From: Candidatus Hermodarchaeota archaeon
GTDB taxonomy: Archaea; Asgardarchaeota; Hermodarchaeia; Hermodarchaeales; Hermodarchaeaceae
Length of the DNA: 40,375 nt
Reading direction: 5' to 3'
Assembly: GCA_016840065.1 (NCBI GenBank)
Contig: JAEOTB010000023.1
Coordinates: forward strand, 1 to 40,375
The notes under the pieces were generated by a model, which did no database searches, was not told the origin of the DNA, and saw only the letters and a program-made list of their open reading frames with translations. Of the stretch, positions 29,231 through 38,580 are shown one piece after another. Position 1 is the first letter of the stretch; every line of letters begins with the position of its first letter. The position numbers and the translations under genes are program-made.

Positions 29231-31168
29231 ATGCCCAAGGATTTGTATTGGCTTGTGGATGCTGCCTACAGGGAAGGCGTTATTGAGCTGACATTCGTTA
29301 AATCACCCGAACACACCGTTCATGTCACACAAGAACCCTTTATCCCCTATTTTTACGGTCTTCCATCTAACATTGGTGAGCCTGTTGTTAAGCAGGAACT
29401 TCTCTCTGGGCAGAAGCTTGAGGTAGCAAGGATACCATCAAGCAAACAAGTTAGAGTGGAACGATCTTGGGAACAAGATTTAGATCCCGCCTTGAGCTAT
29501 ATCTATGATAGGCAGCTCCGATTTGGATGCCCTTACCAACCCACAGGTGAAGGATTTCAACCAGCTCTCGAAGTCTCACTAAGTCAAAGACGTGCTTTCA
29601 GGAAGCAATTCAATGCCATAGAACAGGAGGACCCCCTGAAATTTAGGTTTCTGCTTCAGCTCTTTGAACAGGTAATCCAACCAGTTCCAACGATTCCACA
29701 ACAGGAACTAGGAATCCCAGCCAAGTTTGATGAAACAAGACTCTTTCGAGGAATGATGCTAGCACGAATTGGCAATATGCCACTAAAACATGCCCTTACT
29801 AGTCGCAATGTTTCCGAGCCGATAAAATCGATGCTGCACACCAGTTACCGTCAACTCGGTGTCTTGATACCTAATCCAAACGAGTTACTGAAAGGACATA
29901 AGCCGCATAGGGTTGAGGGAGCACTGACCGTCACACCCACTCCAGGTGCTTTCTTCAACATGCATGTTCTTGACTTTGAATCACTTTATCCAAGCCTTAT
30001 CGACCACTATAACTTATCATATGAAACCGTTGATTGCGAACACTCATCCTGTAAAGAGAGAAATGTTCCTGGAACCAGCCACTATGTTTGCACCCAGCGA
30101 CGAGGGATTTACAGCGCGCTAATCGGGGCGCTTAAGGACTTGCGCATTCATTGGTTTAAACCTCAGATTCGGGAACCTAACCTCTCCGAGGAAGAGCAGG
30201 AGAGAGCTAGAATCGTATCAGATTTGCTGAAATTTCTGTTAGTGAGTTGTGGCGGAGTCACAATCAGAATAAGAGGACTTGCTTGCCCACCGTTTGCGGA
30301 GTCAATGATGGCGTATGGTCGGTGGGCTCTGCGGACTAGTTGGGCTTGGGCAGAAGAGAAGGGTATGAGACCTGTGTATGGTGATACCGATTCAATATTC
30401 TTAGTTAATCCAACACCACAACAAGTCAAGTGGCTAATTTCAAAGGCTAAAACTGAACTCGGATTGACCTTGGCTCTTGATGTGGTTTACCCGATTTGTG
30501 TATTAAGCGCTGCTAAGAAAGCATATTTCGGAATACTCCCTGACGGAACACCAGACATCAAAGGGCTTACACTTGTGAAGTCGAGTTCACCACCATTATT
30601 TCGTGACATCTTTGCTGAAGCTGTATCCCCTCTAGTTGATGTAGATACTCAAGAAAAGCTGGAGAAGGCTCGACCTAAAGTAATAGATGTGCTACGGCGG
30701 CGTATAGGAGAACTAAGGCGGGGACGGTTTTCTGTTCCTGATATGGAACAGCGAATCAGAATTTGGAAGGAGCCAAGCCAAAGAGAGGCTGATAGTGTAT
30801 TACCTCAAGCCTATCAGGCATGGCAACAGCTTGCTGACGCTGGCATCGTAATCAGAAGACGAGAGGAAGTAGCCTTTGTCAAGGTCAAACCATTCAGATA
30901 TGGTAAACGTACTTTCAGCGTTAAGCCCACTCAGATGGCAGCCAAAAGGGAGATTGATATCCCTGATTATGTCCGGAGACTCGAACTTGCATTCCAACAG
31001 TTTCTTGGACCACTTGATATTCCCTTCCCCCGAGAACCCTCATCAGTACTTGATGAGTTCCTTTCCTCTGACCCCCTAGGACAAGAAGAAGAACCATCAA
31101 CCTCCACCGAAGAAAGAAGTCGTACAAAACGTTCTGACCCACAGAGACGTTTGGAAGACTATACGTGA
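29231..31168 (+). CDS. polB: Family B DNA polymerase, PolB1-like, lacking the 3'-5' exonuclease domain
   Basis: DFESLYPSLI, NLSYETV, YGDTDSIF, KKAYFG, DIKGL; collinear with crenarchaeal PolB1 except for the exonuclease domain. Confidence 0.9.
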   Translation: MPKDLYWLVDAAYREGVIELTFVKSPEHTVHVTQEPFIPYFYGLPSNIGEPVVKQELLSGQKLEVARIPSSKQVRVERSWEQDLDPALSYIYDRQLRFGCPYQPTGEGFQPALEVSLSQRRAFRKQFNAIEQEDPLKFRFLLQLFEQVIQPVPTIPQQELGIPAKFDETRLFRGMMLARIGNMPLKHALTSRNVSEPIKSMLHTSYRQLGVLIPNPNELLKGHKPHRVEGALTVTPTPGAFFNMHVLDFESLYPSLIDHYNLSYETVDCEHSSCKERNVPGTSHYVCTQRRGIYSALIGALKDLRIHWFKPQIREPNLSEEEQERARIVSDLLKFLLVSCGGVTIRIRGLACPPFAESMMAYGRWALRTSWAWAEEKGMRPVYGDTDSIFLVNPTPQQVKWLISKAKTELGLTLALDVVYPICVLSAAKKAYFGILPDGTPDIKGLTLVKSSSPPLFRDIFAEAVSPLVDVDTQEKLEKARPKVIDVLRRRIGELRRGRFSVPDMEQRIRIWKEPSQREADSVLPQAYQAWQQLADAGIVIRRREEVAFVKVKPFRYGKRTFSVKPTQMAAKREIDIPDYVRRLELAFQQFLGPLDIPFPREPSSVLDEFLSSDPLGQEEEPSTSTEERSRTKRSDPQRRLEDYT

Positions 31169-31176
31169 ACTAGCTT

Positions 31177-31206
31177 AAGAAAAAAAGAAAGAGCTGATAT
31201 CAGAGC
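31177..31206 (-). terminator. Weak hairpin + U tract after tfb
   Basis: Minus strand gctctgatatcagctctttctttttttctt. Confidence 0.5.
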
Positions 31207-31213
31207 ATTTGGC

Positions 31214-32188
31214 TCAGATATCAACCTCTAGGGCAAGTTCGCGTACCATTTCCTTGTACCTGTTTCGGACGGTGACTTCAGTTACTCGCGCGACAGCTGC
31301 GATTTCTCGCTGAGTCCTGCGCTCTCCTTCCTGAATGGAAGAGATATACAGGCTCGCAGCTGCCAGACCGGTTGGGTCTTTGCCCGCGGTGATGTTCTTT
31401 GCCCGGGCTGCCTCGATGATTTCAGCAGCACGACGCTGGACGCGGCTGCTTAGTCCGAGGGCCTCAGCAAAGCGCGGGATAAAGTCAACAGCCTTTGCCA
31501 CTGGGACTCGCATGTCCAACTTGCGAAGCAGGAGACGGTAGCATCGACCAAGTTCCTTTCGATTAATGCGAGAATGGTGAGCAATCTCATCCAGAGTACG
31601 GGGGACATGCCTGAGACGGCAGGCAGCGTACACACAGGAAGCAACGATTGCTTCAATGCTACGACCTCTAACTAGTCGCTGTTCAATGGCGCGGCGGTAA
31701 AGGATGGCAGCAGCCTCTTTTACAGGTCGAGGAATACTAAGCTGGCTGGTAATACGATCCAACTCGCTCATAGCCCGTGCAAGATTGCGGTCAATACTCG
31801 AGTGAACGCGAGTTCGAACCTGCCACTTGCGGAGTCGGTAAATCTGAGCCCGCAAGCTAGGTGCGAGCTTTCGGCCGTGAGCGTCTCGGTCACGCCAATC
31901 AATAGTAGTACTGAGACCCTTGTCATGGATAGTGTACGACATGGGGCTGCCTACTCGCGCTCGTCGGTCCCGTTCCTCACTGGTAAATGCACGCCATTCA
32001 GGTCCAGTGTCAATGACGTGGCTGTCTAGTACCAATCCACAGTTGGTGCAAATGACCTCACCCCGTGCTGGATCACGAGTGACATCGGTGTTTCCACAGT
32101 CAGGGCAGCCAATAGTTTCTTGCTTGGGACTAGGTCGAAGGGCGCGGACGCGCGATTGCGGATGTGCTGTACGAGTTTCGTTAGCCAT
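31214..32188 (-). CDS. tfb: Transcription initiation factor IIB
   Basis: CPDC..CTNC Zn ribbon, IDTGPEWRAF, RGRSIE, GKDPTGLAAA, VTEVTVRNRYKE. Confidence 0.98.
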   Translation of the reverse strand: MANETRTAHPQSRVRALRPSPKQETIGCPDCGNTDVTRDPARGEVICTNCGLVLDSHVIDTGPEWRAFTSEERDRRARVGSPMSYTIHDKGLSTTIDWRDRDAHGRKLAPSLRAQIYRLRKWQVRTRVHSSIDRNLARAMSELDRITSQLSIPRPVKEAAAILYRRAIEQRLVRGRSIEAIVASCVYAACRLRHVPRTLDEIAHHSRINRKELGRCYRLLLRKLDMRVPVAKAVDFIPRFAEALGLSSRVQRRAAEIIEAARAKNITAGKDPTGLAAASLYISSIQEGERRTQREIAAVARVTEVTVRNRYKEMVRELALEVDI

Positions 32189-32636
32189 TATTATATCCCC
32201 CTGAGTCAGGGTTTGATGGTGTCAGATACGGGAAACCAAACTGTGCTGGCAGCTCAGCTCAAGGTTTTTCTCATGCAAAGACTAGGGAGCGTGAGCCAGA
32301 TGGCTGGCACTACACATCCTAGTAATTTAGTTAGGGAGCCGCAGAAATGTGGTACCCGCACCAGATGGCGAAACCCTTTTAAAAGAATCGCCAACACTTC
32401 GCTCGTTATCACCCTATATATATCTTTCCATCTTGTTAGATAAAAATCATCGAGTAGCCCTTTTTCCGCAAAATCAGGCCCCCTTTTTGAGAAAAACTCT
32501 ATAACATTCTAAAAATGATTGCGAAATCCTAGGAACTCCTGACCTGTAAATGCTTCTTCGCCCTTTAGAAAAGAAATAAATACCCTTTCTCACCTTCTTG
32601 GGATTAATCGATTGTACATCGGGGGTGAAGTAACCT

Positions 32637-32714
32637 ATGCCGGAAATAGTATTTGTTGATTCATTTGAAGGTTTTGTCCTCAAGCGGGTTACTCCCTCTG
32701 AGGGCAGCTATTAG
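32637..32714 (+). CDS. 25-aa small ORF / putative leader peptide
   Basis: GGGGGTGA SD 8 nt before ATG; MPEIVFVDSFEGFVLKRVTPSEGSY*. Confidence 0.45.
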   Translation: MPEIVFVDSFEGFVLKRVTPSEGSY

Positions 32715-32731
32715 TCTGACCCGCTTTTTTT
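32682..32731 (+). terminator. Hairpin + T7 terminator/attenuator upstream of the RIO kinase
   Basis: aagcgggtta...tgacccgctt stem followed by the T run at 32725-32731. Confidence 0.65.
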
Positions 32732-32832
32732 AGGGAAAACGCGCATCTCAGCACTACTAGATTGTGGTTTAGTGACTGTTCATGCTTTCAATCTGGTAGC
32801 ACGCGGGGGAAGCGTACGCAAATCAAAGAGAG

Positions 32833-33654
32833 ATGGTAAGAAAGAAAATGCCAGCCCCGTATATTAGTAAGCGCAGTGTCGCACTCCGCGAATCCAGTAA
32901 GGAAGACGAAGTCCGAGGAAGACTCCAAGACCTCCCAGAGATTACCCTAGCTTCGGTTCGGGCAGATGCAAAAGCCAGCCAACTAGCCACAGAGGTTCAA
33001 GGGATTATCAGTGCGGGTAAGGAAGCCACCGTGTTCCTAGCCTTTTGGCGAGACTTCCCATTAGCCTTGAAGGCATACAGGTTCTACTCTACGCCGCATG
33101 GAAAACGGGGAAAACGGAAGAAATTGGGGGGCGGCAAAGTCGGGTACTCCAGAGACATCATGGCATATTGGTCAGCCCGGGAATTCTGGATCCTCGACCG
33201 AGCTTTTCGTGCGGGAGTCAATGTCCCAACTCCTGCCCGGCATAGTGATAATATGTTCACCGCCCGGTTTCTCGGCGAAGACCTCAAAGCAGCCCCACTT
33301 CTGAAAGATGTTGACATCCAACATCCCAAGCGAATCTTTGACAAAATCATCGAGCAGGTCTTTACTTTGTATCGGGTTTTCCTGATTCACGGTGACCTTT
33401 CTGCTTTCAATGTCCTCATATTCCAGGATGAGCCTTGGATCATTGACTTCCCTCAAGCAATTGACTTTGCCTCCCGACTTGGTCGACATAGGGTAACGGC
33501 GAGGGGACGCCCAATTCTTCTACGTGACATCCAGAACATCTGCAAGTTCTTCAGCCGCTTCGGGGTTGCCTCCGATGCTGAGAGCATTTGTGATGAGTGT
33601 ATAGCTCAAGTTGGTGAAAGTGAACGTCTAGAAGCCTCCAGCCTTGTTCGCTAA
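32833..33654 (+). CDS. RIO-family atypical kinase
   Basis: ISAGKEATVF, ALKAY, GVNVPTP, IHGDLSAFNVL, IIDFPQA, RDIQNI..FF. Confidence 0.92.
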   Translation: MVRKKMPAPYISKRSVALRESSKEDEVRGRLQDLPEITLASVRADAKASQLATEVQGIISAGKEATVFLAFWRDFPLALKAYRFYSTPHGKRGKRKKLGGGKVGYSRDIMAYWSAREFWILDRAFRAGVNVPTPARHSDNMFTARFLGEDLKAAPLLKDVDIQHPKRIFDKIIEQVFTLYRVFLIHGDLSAFNVLIFQDEPWIIDFPQAIDFASRLGRHRVTARGRPILLRDIQNICKFFSRFGVASDAESICDECIAQVGESERLEASSLVR

Positions 33655-33669
33655 GAGACAGCTTAGATG

Positions 33670-34482
33670 TCAGGTTGTGTTGAACACAATTCGTTCAGGA
33701 TGCGTGTAGATGTTCATTCGGATTCCTCGTACAAAACCGATTAGGGTTATTCCAGCGGCTTCAGCGAGTTCAATGCCAGAATCGACGGCTGCACCTATCG
33801 ACGCCAAGTAAGGTACACGAGCAACAGCAGCCTTGAGTACGAGATCGCCTGTTAGCCGCCCAGTACAGAGTAGTATGCCAGCACTGCAATCTTTACTTTG
33901 TTGGATCGCCTTTCCGATGACTCGGTCAATGGCGTTGTGACGCCCCACATCTTCAGTAACAGTCAGAAGGTTTCCTTCAAGGTCTGCCATTGCAGCACCA
34001 TGGGTTCCTCCGGTTAGGCGAAATATCGGCATCGACTTGTTTAGTGCCTTGATAGCCTTTGTTATTATTTCTGGCGATATTTTGAGTGGGGATTCAATTG
34101 GAGGAACGTCGCAGGCACGCCATGTGCCAAGTGCACCTTCATCTGGCCCGCAGATACCCGTAACAAGCCGAGCACTGGGGCGGAGAGAAACGAGCTTCTC
34201 ATGAAGCAGACAGTCATCAGAAAGACGTACCTTAGCGAGTTGGTTTCGCACTCTAAGTTGCACAACATCCTCTATACGAGATATAATGCGAGAAGTGAAG
34301 AGTAATCCAACGATGAGAGGTGCAGGTTCAGTTGGAACAGTTCGGATAAACGCGAAATTTTCTTCGCCCTTGGAATCTAATAACAAGATTCGGAGTCCCG
34401 TCTCGTGTACAATTGTATCTTGTTTAGCTTCGCACACACCTTGCTGACATCGCTGAATAGTTACTTTTCGTGTACTTTCCAT
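33670..34482 (-). CDS. fdhD: Formate dehydrogenase accessory sulfurtransferase FdhD
   Basis: FRLTGGTHGAA, EDVGRHNAIDRVIG, TGRL, ITLIGFVRG..NIYTHPERI. Confidence 0.92.
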   Translation of the reverse strand: MESTRKVTIQRCQQGVCEAKQDTIVHETGLRILLLDSKGEENFAFIRTVPTEPAPLIVGLLFTSRIISRIEDVVQLRVRNQLAKVRLSDDCLLHEKLVSLRPSARLVTGICGPDEGALGTWRACDVPPIESPLKISPEIITKAIKALNKSMPIFRLTGGTHGAAMADLEGNLLTVTEDVGRHNAIDRVIGKAIQQSKDCSAGILLCTGRLTGDLVLKAAVARVPYLASIGAAVDSGIELAEAAGITLIGFVRGIRMNIYTHPERIVFNTT

Positions 34483-34555
34483 TGGTAACAGCTCTGCAAT
34501 CTTCTGAGCAAGACTGATGCGTTACCTTATTTATCTGCAGCGACTTGTCTAATTG

Positions 34556-34806
34556 CTATAACTCGTCGAGGTAACAAAGAATTGCAGGAGTAGCGATTGC
34601 GCCGGCAATGAAACCATAGAAAAGGAATTGGGGAAGCATAGAGAAAAAGTTAGAAGTGAAATTTGCGCCTGGGTTAGTCGGATCATGACTGAACTGCGAC
34701 ATTATTGCCGTTCCTATCAAACAAATAGTCCGTCGAAGGCAAGTCCTAGTAGAATGGAAACAACAATGTACGCTACTAGGATGCCTATAGCCCTTCCAGT
34801 TCTCAT
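34556..34806 (-). pseudogene. Frameshifted small two-TM protein, paralog of the 34942/38215/38581 family
   Basis: GGAGG upstream; MRTGRAIGILVAYIVVSILLGLAFDGLFV* (stop 34717-34719), continuing in another frame as LIGTAIMSQF..MLPQFLFYGFIAGAIATPAILCYLDEL*. Confidence 0.55.
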
Positions 34807-34941
34807 TACATTCAGGACCTCCAGAAATTCAGATGGTTATATGTTAGTTCTATTAATACTTTGACAGAAAATTCTTTCCTGTTACTTGCTGTCTTGTGGA
34901 CGCCGGGTTTTTGGGAATAATCGGCTGTTCGTTTCATAGGG

Positions 34942-35184
34942 TCATCCGCATATTTTGTCTCTTAGTGCGACACAACCCACCAAAACTAATGAGAGCAGAA
35001 ATCCAGCACCCATACACAAAGGCAAAAACACCCAAAAAACACTCGTAAAAACTTCTGGATCGGGTGTGAAAGGCCAACTCCCCATAGAATAGAAAACCGA
35101 TAGGAAAAAGGTGAAAACAACCCCTAAAATGATGCCTAAAATAATGAAACCAACTACATAACCAACCCATGAATATCTTGCCAT
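34942..35184 (-). CDS. Small two-TM membrane protein (paralog family)
   Basis: AGGAGG SD; LPLCMGAGFLLSLVLV. Confidence 0.7.
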   Translation of the reverse strand: MARYSWVGYVVGFIILGIILGVVFTFFLSVFYSMGSWPFTPDPEVFTSVFWVFLPLCMGAGFLLSLVLVGCVALRDKICG

Positions 35185-35309
35185 ATCGTTGTTCCTCCTA
35201 ATTTCTGAAGACCCCATGTAGTTGTCCAAATATAAATAATCTTGCAATATGTATTTCATGAAGGAGCGGGGATATTTGTGACTGAAAGCTGGTTGAGCTA
35301 GCTGCGATC

Positions 35310-35948
35310 TTACCCTTCCTTAGCTCTTTGGCGGAGTCGCGGGAAGAGCATTCCTGCTTGCAACATGTATGTACGGTATTGTTCACCAAATTCATCGATT
35401 AGCATTCTTTCTTCTGCCTTAATTCGGGGATAGAGAAGCAGAAGTCCAATGATGATGACAAGGAAAAAGGCCCAGTTTGCTGCAATCAGAGTTGTGATGA
35501 TGTTATAGATTAGATAGGTCAGGTATAGAGGGTGGCGGATTCTACTGTATGGTCCCGTTGTGATGAGTTGATGGTCTTCACGGAGTTCAAGCTGACCCGT
35601 CACATGTTTACCTAGGGTTCTTCCTACCCAGACGAAAAAGGGAAAAGTGATGATAGCCATGGCAACACCAACCCAGCGAAGCCACGTTGGAATTGGAAGC
35701 GGAGCCCACTCCAGCCATGGCGGTACAAAAACATAGATGGCAATTGAAAGGATAAGCACAACCGTGAGGACAACACGGAGAATGACATAAGCACCATGTT
35801 CATATCGTGTAGCAATTGCCCATTTCTCTTGGCGCGTTCGTTTAGGACTAGCAGGCTGAGCCTTCCGACCGTAGAAACCGCGGATACCCAGAAAGAACAG
35901 CCAAAGACCAAGAAACACAAAACTGAGAAGCACTTCATCGCACATCAT
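35310..35948 (-). CDS. ICMT/PEMT-family membrane methyltransferase
   Basis: HQLITTGPYSRIRHPLY, EERMLIDEFGEQY..Y..MLFP. Confidence 0.9.
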   Translation of the reverse strand: MMCDEVLLSFVFLGLWLFFLGIRGFYGRKAQPASPKRTRQEKWAIATRYEHGAYVILRVVLTVVLILSIAIYVFVPPWLEWAPLPIPTWLRWVGVAMAIITFPFFVWVGRTLGKHVTGQLELREDHQLITTGPYSRIRHPLYLTYLIYNIITTLIAANWAFFLVIIIGLLLLYPRIKAEERMLIDEFGEQYRTYMLQAGMLFPRLRQRAKEG

Positions 35949-36039
35949 TTTTCACCAGATTACCGAAGAGGAAGGCAGGGATAATATCATCAAATTACAT
36001 TTATATCGTTAAGTCTAAATCACGTTTGTGGGATTCAGA

Positions 36040-38118
36040 ATGACTAGACAGGATTTCTCTCAAGCAATGACCATCAAGCTTCCTACAAAACTCCCGCCTT
36101 ACCCAGAATTCATTACAGAATACAAGGGTAGAAAAATCCGAAGGACCCCAAAGAGAAAGTATCAGCTAAGCAAAACTGAGCTTATTATCGCATTGAAAAA
36201 TAGCCTTCGTTACGTTCCCGAAGAGCTACACGAAGACCTTGCTCAAGAATTCCTTACAGAACTGAGTATGATTGGCGATGAGGGACGTGGGCGCATCTAC
36301 GGGTACAGATTCCGACCACCAGGCGCAATCACAGCTAAACCCATCGACCAATACAAGGGGGTACTCGAAGCACGAGCCTTACAACTGATGCTAGACAACA
36401 ATGTCGACTTCGATATTGCTCTCTACCCCTATGAACTAGTGACCTATGGAGAATGCGGACAAGTCTGCCAGAACTGGATGCAGTTCCAACTAATCAAGAA
36501 ATACTTGGAAGTAATGAGTGATGAACAAACCCTTGTGGTGAGTTCTGGTCATCCAGTAGGATTATTCCCTTCACGTCGAGACGCGCCCCGCGCCATATCT
36601 ACCAATGGTTTGATGGTAGGAGAATTCGACACACCAGAACCAAATGATATACCATTCCTCAACGCTGTAGCCATGGGGGTCACGAACTATGGACAGATGA
36701 CAGCTGGTGGATGGATGTACATCGGTCCACAAGGAATCGTCCATGGAACCTACATAACATTACTCAATGCTGGCAGAAAGTATCTAGACATCCCACTGGG
36801 CCAGAATCTCGGAGGTAAGGTTTACCTAACATCTGGATTAGGGGGGATGAGTGGGGCACAGGGCAAGGCTGTCGAGATTGCAGGCGGGATTGGAGTTATC
36901 GCGGAGGTAGATGCACAGGCAATCAAGACCCGAAAGGACCAGAAATGGGTCAAGTTAGTGACAGCAGACTTAGATGAAGTGTTCCAGTGGGTCGAAGAGT
37001 ACCGTACCTCAAGGGAACCTACCTCAATTGCTTATCATGGCAACATTGTCGATTTGTGGGAATATGTTGTAAAGAACAAGATTCAAATCGAATTGGCTTC
37101 CGACCAGACATCTTGTAACAAAGTTCACGGTGGAGGATACTGGCCAGCTGGCATGCCCTACGAAGAGGCAAAACACCTCCTAGAAACCAACCTTGAAGCC
37201 TTCAAGGTCGAGGTGAACAAGTCACTCAAACGACAATTTGAACTAATTCAAGCGGCGACACGACAAGGTACGCATTTCTGGGATTATGGTAACAGCTTCA
37301 TGGTTGCTGTGTACGAAGCTGCAAAGGTCAAAGAAATCAAGACCAAGGAAGGGGAGTTCATCTTTCCATCCTATGTGGAGCACCTGATGGGCCCCCTCTA
37401 TTTCGATTATGGATACGGTCCTTTTCGATGGGTCTGTTTGAGCGGAAAGGGCGAAGAATTGAAAGCTACTGATGAAGCTGCAATGTCTTGCATTGACCCT
37501 GATAGAAGGACGCAAGATTATGATAACTACCACTGGATTAAGAATGCCTGGGAGAACAAGATGGTAGTAGGATCGCAGGCCAGGATTCTCTATCAAGACG
37601 CAGAGGGGCGAGTAAGGATCGCCTTGAAGTTCAACGAAATGGTGAGGAATGGAGTTATTGGACCTGTGATGCTAGGACGAGATCACCATGACACTGGCGG
37701 TACCGATTCCCCTTATCGTGAAACCGCTAACATCCGTGATGGAAGCTTCGTAACTTCCGACATGGCGCATCAATGCTGGGCAGGTAACGCGGCTCGGGGG
37801 ATGACTCTTTGTGTACTATCCAACGGTGGTGGTGTTGGTACTGGCCGTGCAATTAACGGCGGGTTTGGTCTAGTCCTAGATGGAAGTAAAAGAATTGACG
37901 AGATAATCCGCATTGCTGTGGATTGGGACACAATGGGAGGCGTAGCGCGCAGAGCTTGGGCACGGAACGAACACGCCATAGAAACCGCAGCGAAATGGAA
38001 TGAGCGAGTTGGCAGTTCAGGCCACATCACCTTACCACACATTCCCCGAAAGGGGCTTGTTGAAAAACTTGTAGAGAAGGCAATAAAGCAGCGAAGATTG
38101 CAAGATTCCAGTGACTAG
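36040..38118 (+). CDS. hutU: Urocanate hydratase, long (UROC1-type) form
   Basis: ALKNSLRY, YGQMTAGGWMYIGPQGIVHGT, GLGGMSGAQ, SDQTSC, GPFRWVCLSG, GRDHHD, NGGGVG. Confidence 0.95.
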   Translation: MTRQDFSQAMTIKLPTKLPPYPEFITEYKGRKIRRTPKRKYQLSKTELIIALKNSLRYVPEELHEDLAQEFLTELSMIGDEGRGRIYGYRFRPPGAITAKPIDQYKGVLEARALQLMLDNNVDFDIALYPYELVTYGECGQVCQNWMQFQLIKKYLEVMSDEQTLVVSSGHPVGLFPSRRDAPRAISTNGLMVGEFDTPEPNDIPFLNAVAMGVTNYGQMTAGGWMYIGPQGIVHGTYITLLNAGRKYLDIPLGQNLGGKVYLTSGLGGMSGAQGKAVEIAGGIGVIAEVDAQAIKTRKDQKWVKLVTADLDEVFQWVEEYRTSREPTSIAYHGNIVDLWEYVVKNKIQIELASDQTSCNKVHGGGYWPAGMPYEEAKHLLETNLEAFKVEVNKSLKRQFELIQAATRQGTHFWDYGNSFMVAVYEAAKVKEIKTKEGEFIFPSYVEHLMGPLYFDYGYGPFRWVCLSGKGEELKATDEAAMSCIDPDRRTQDYDNYHWIKNAWENKMVVGSQARILYQDAEGRVRIALKFNEMVRNGVIGPVMLGRDHHDTGGTDSPYRETANIRDGSFVTSDMAHQCWAGNAARGMTLCVLSNGGGVGTGRAINGGFGLVLDGSKRIDEIIRIAVDWDTMGGVARRAWARNEHAIETAAKWNERVGSSGHITLPHIPRKGLVEKLVEKAIKQRRLQDSSD

Positions 38119-38214
38119 ACAATATCCTGTTTCGACTAATATAATCTAAGACACTATTTCAGTTAGATTGAATTTAACTGAAGTATATACTATGTATCAG
38201 TTGTAAGGAAGCCT

Positions 38215-38469
38215 CTAGAACCCCATACGTGCCTTACCCAGACAAACCAGAATTGGTGATAATAGGAATCCAAGCAAGAAGAGCAAGGGTCCTATTTGTA
38301 CTGCATATGAAATTAGGTGTAGAACTTCTTCTGGTGTGAGAGGTGTTACGAGGTTTTTTCCAAGAACAAACGACAGCTGTAACAATACGCCGATGCCGAG
38401 GAAAAGAAATCCACAGAAAAGACCTATTACTACCCAGAATATAATGTTATTTCGTGTGAGTACATCCAT
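38215..38469 (-). CDS. Small two-TM membrane protein (paralog family)
   Basis: GGAGG SD; GLFCGFLF..TPEE.LHL..LGFLLSPILV.LGK. Confidence 0.75.
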   Translation of the reverse strand: MDVLTRNNIIFWVVIGLFCGFLFLGIGVLLQLSFVLGKNLVTPLTPEEVLHLISYAVQIGPLLFLLGFLLSPILVCLGKARMGF

Positions 38470-38580
38470 TATGATGCCCTCCTACTTGTAAAGAAGTAGA
38501 ATCTTCTACATAAATTGAACTCTTACAAAGTAGGCTACCACTTTTAACCTCGATTCTGGTGTTTCAGTGACCGACTGGTT

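Noticed and set aside
29231-31168. PolB as the marker of a casposon, virus or other mobile element
   Set aside because: It resembles cellular PolB1, not protein-primed PolB; no integrase, Cas1, capsid gene or terminal repeats; it neighbours tfb
32120-32683. Tracked ORFs 32120..32443 and 32474..32683
   Set aside because: No recognisable protein features; they overlap the tfb start and promoter/leader elements
35310-35948. ICMT-family gene as evidence of eukaryote-like CaaX processing
   Set aside because: The family is widespread in prokaryotes; the GTPase ends in LQHA and no convincing CaaX substrate or prenyltransferase is in the window
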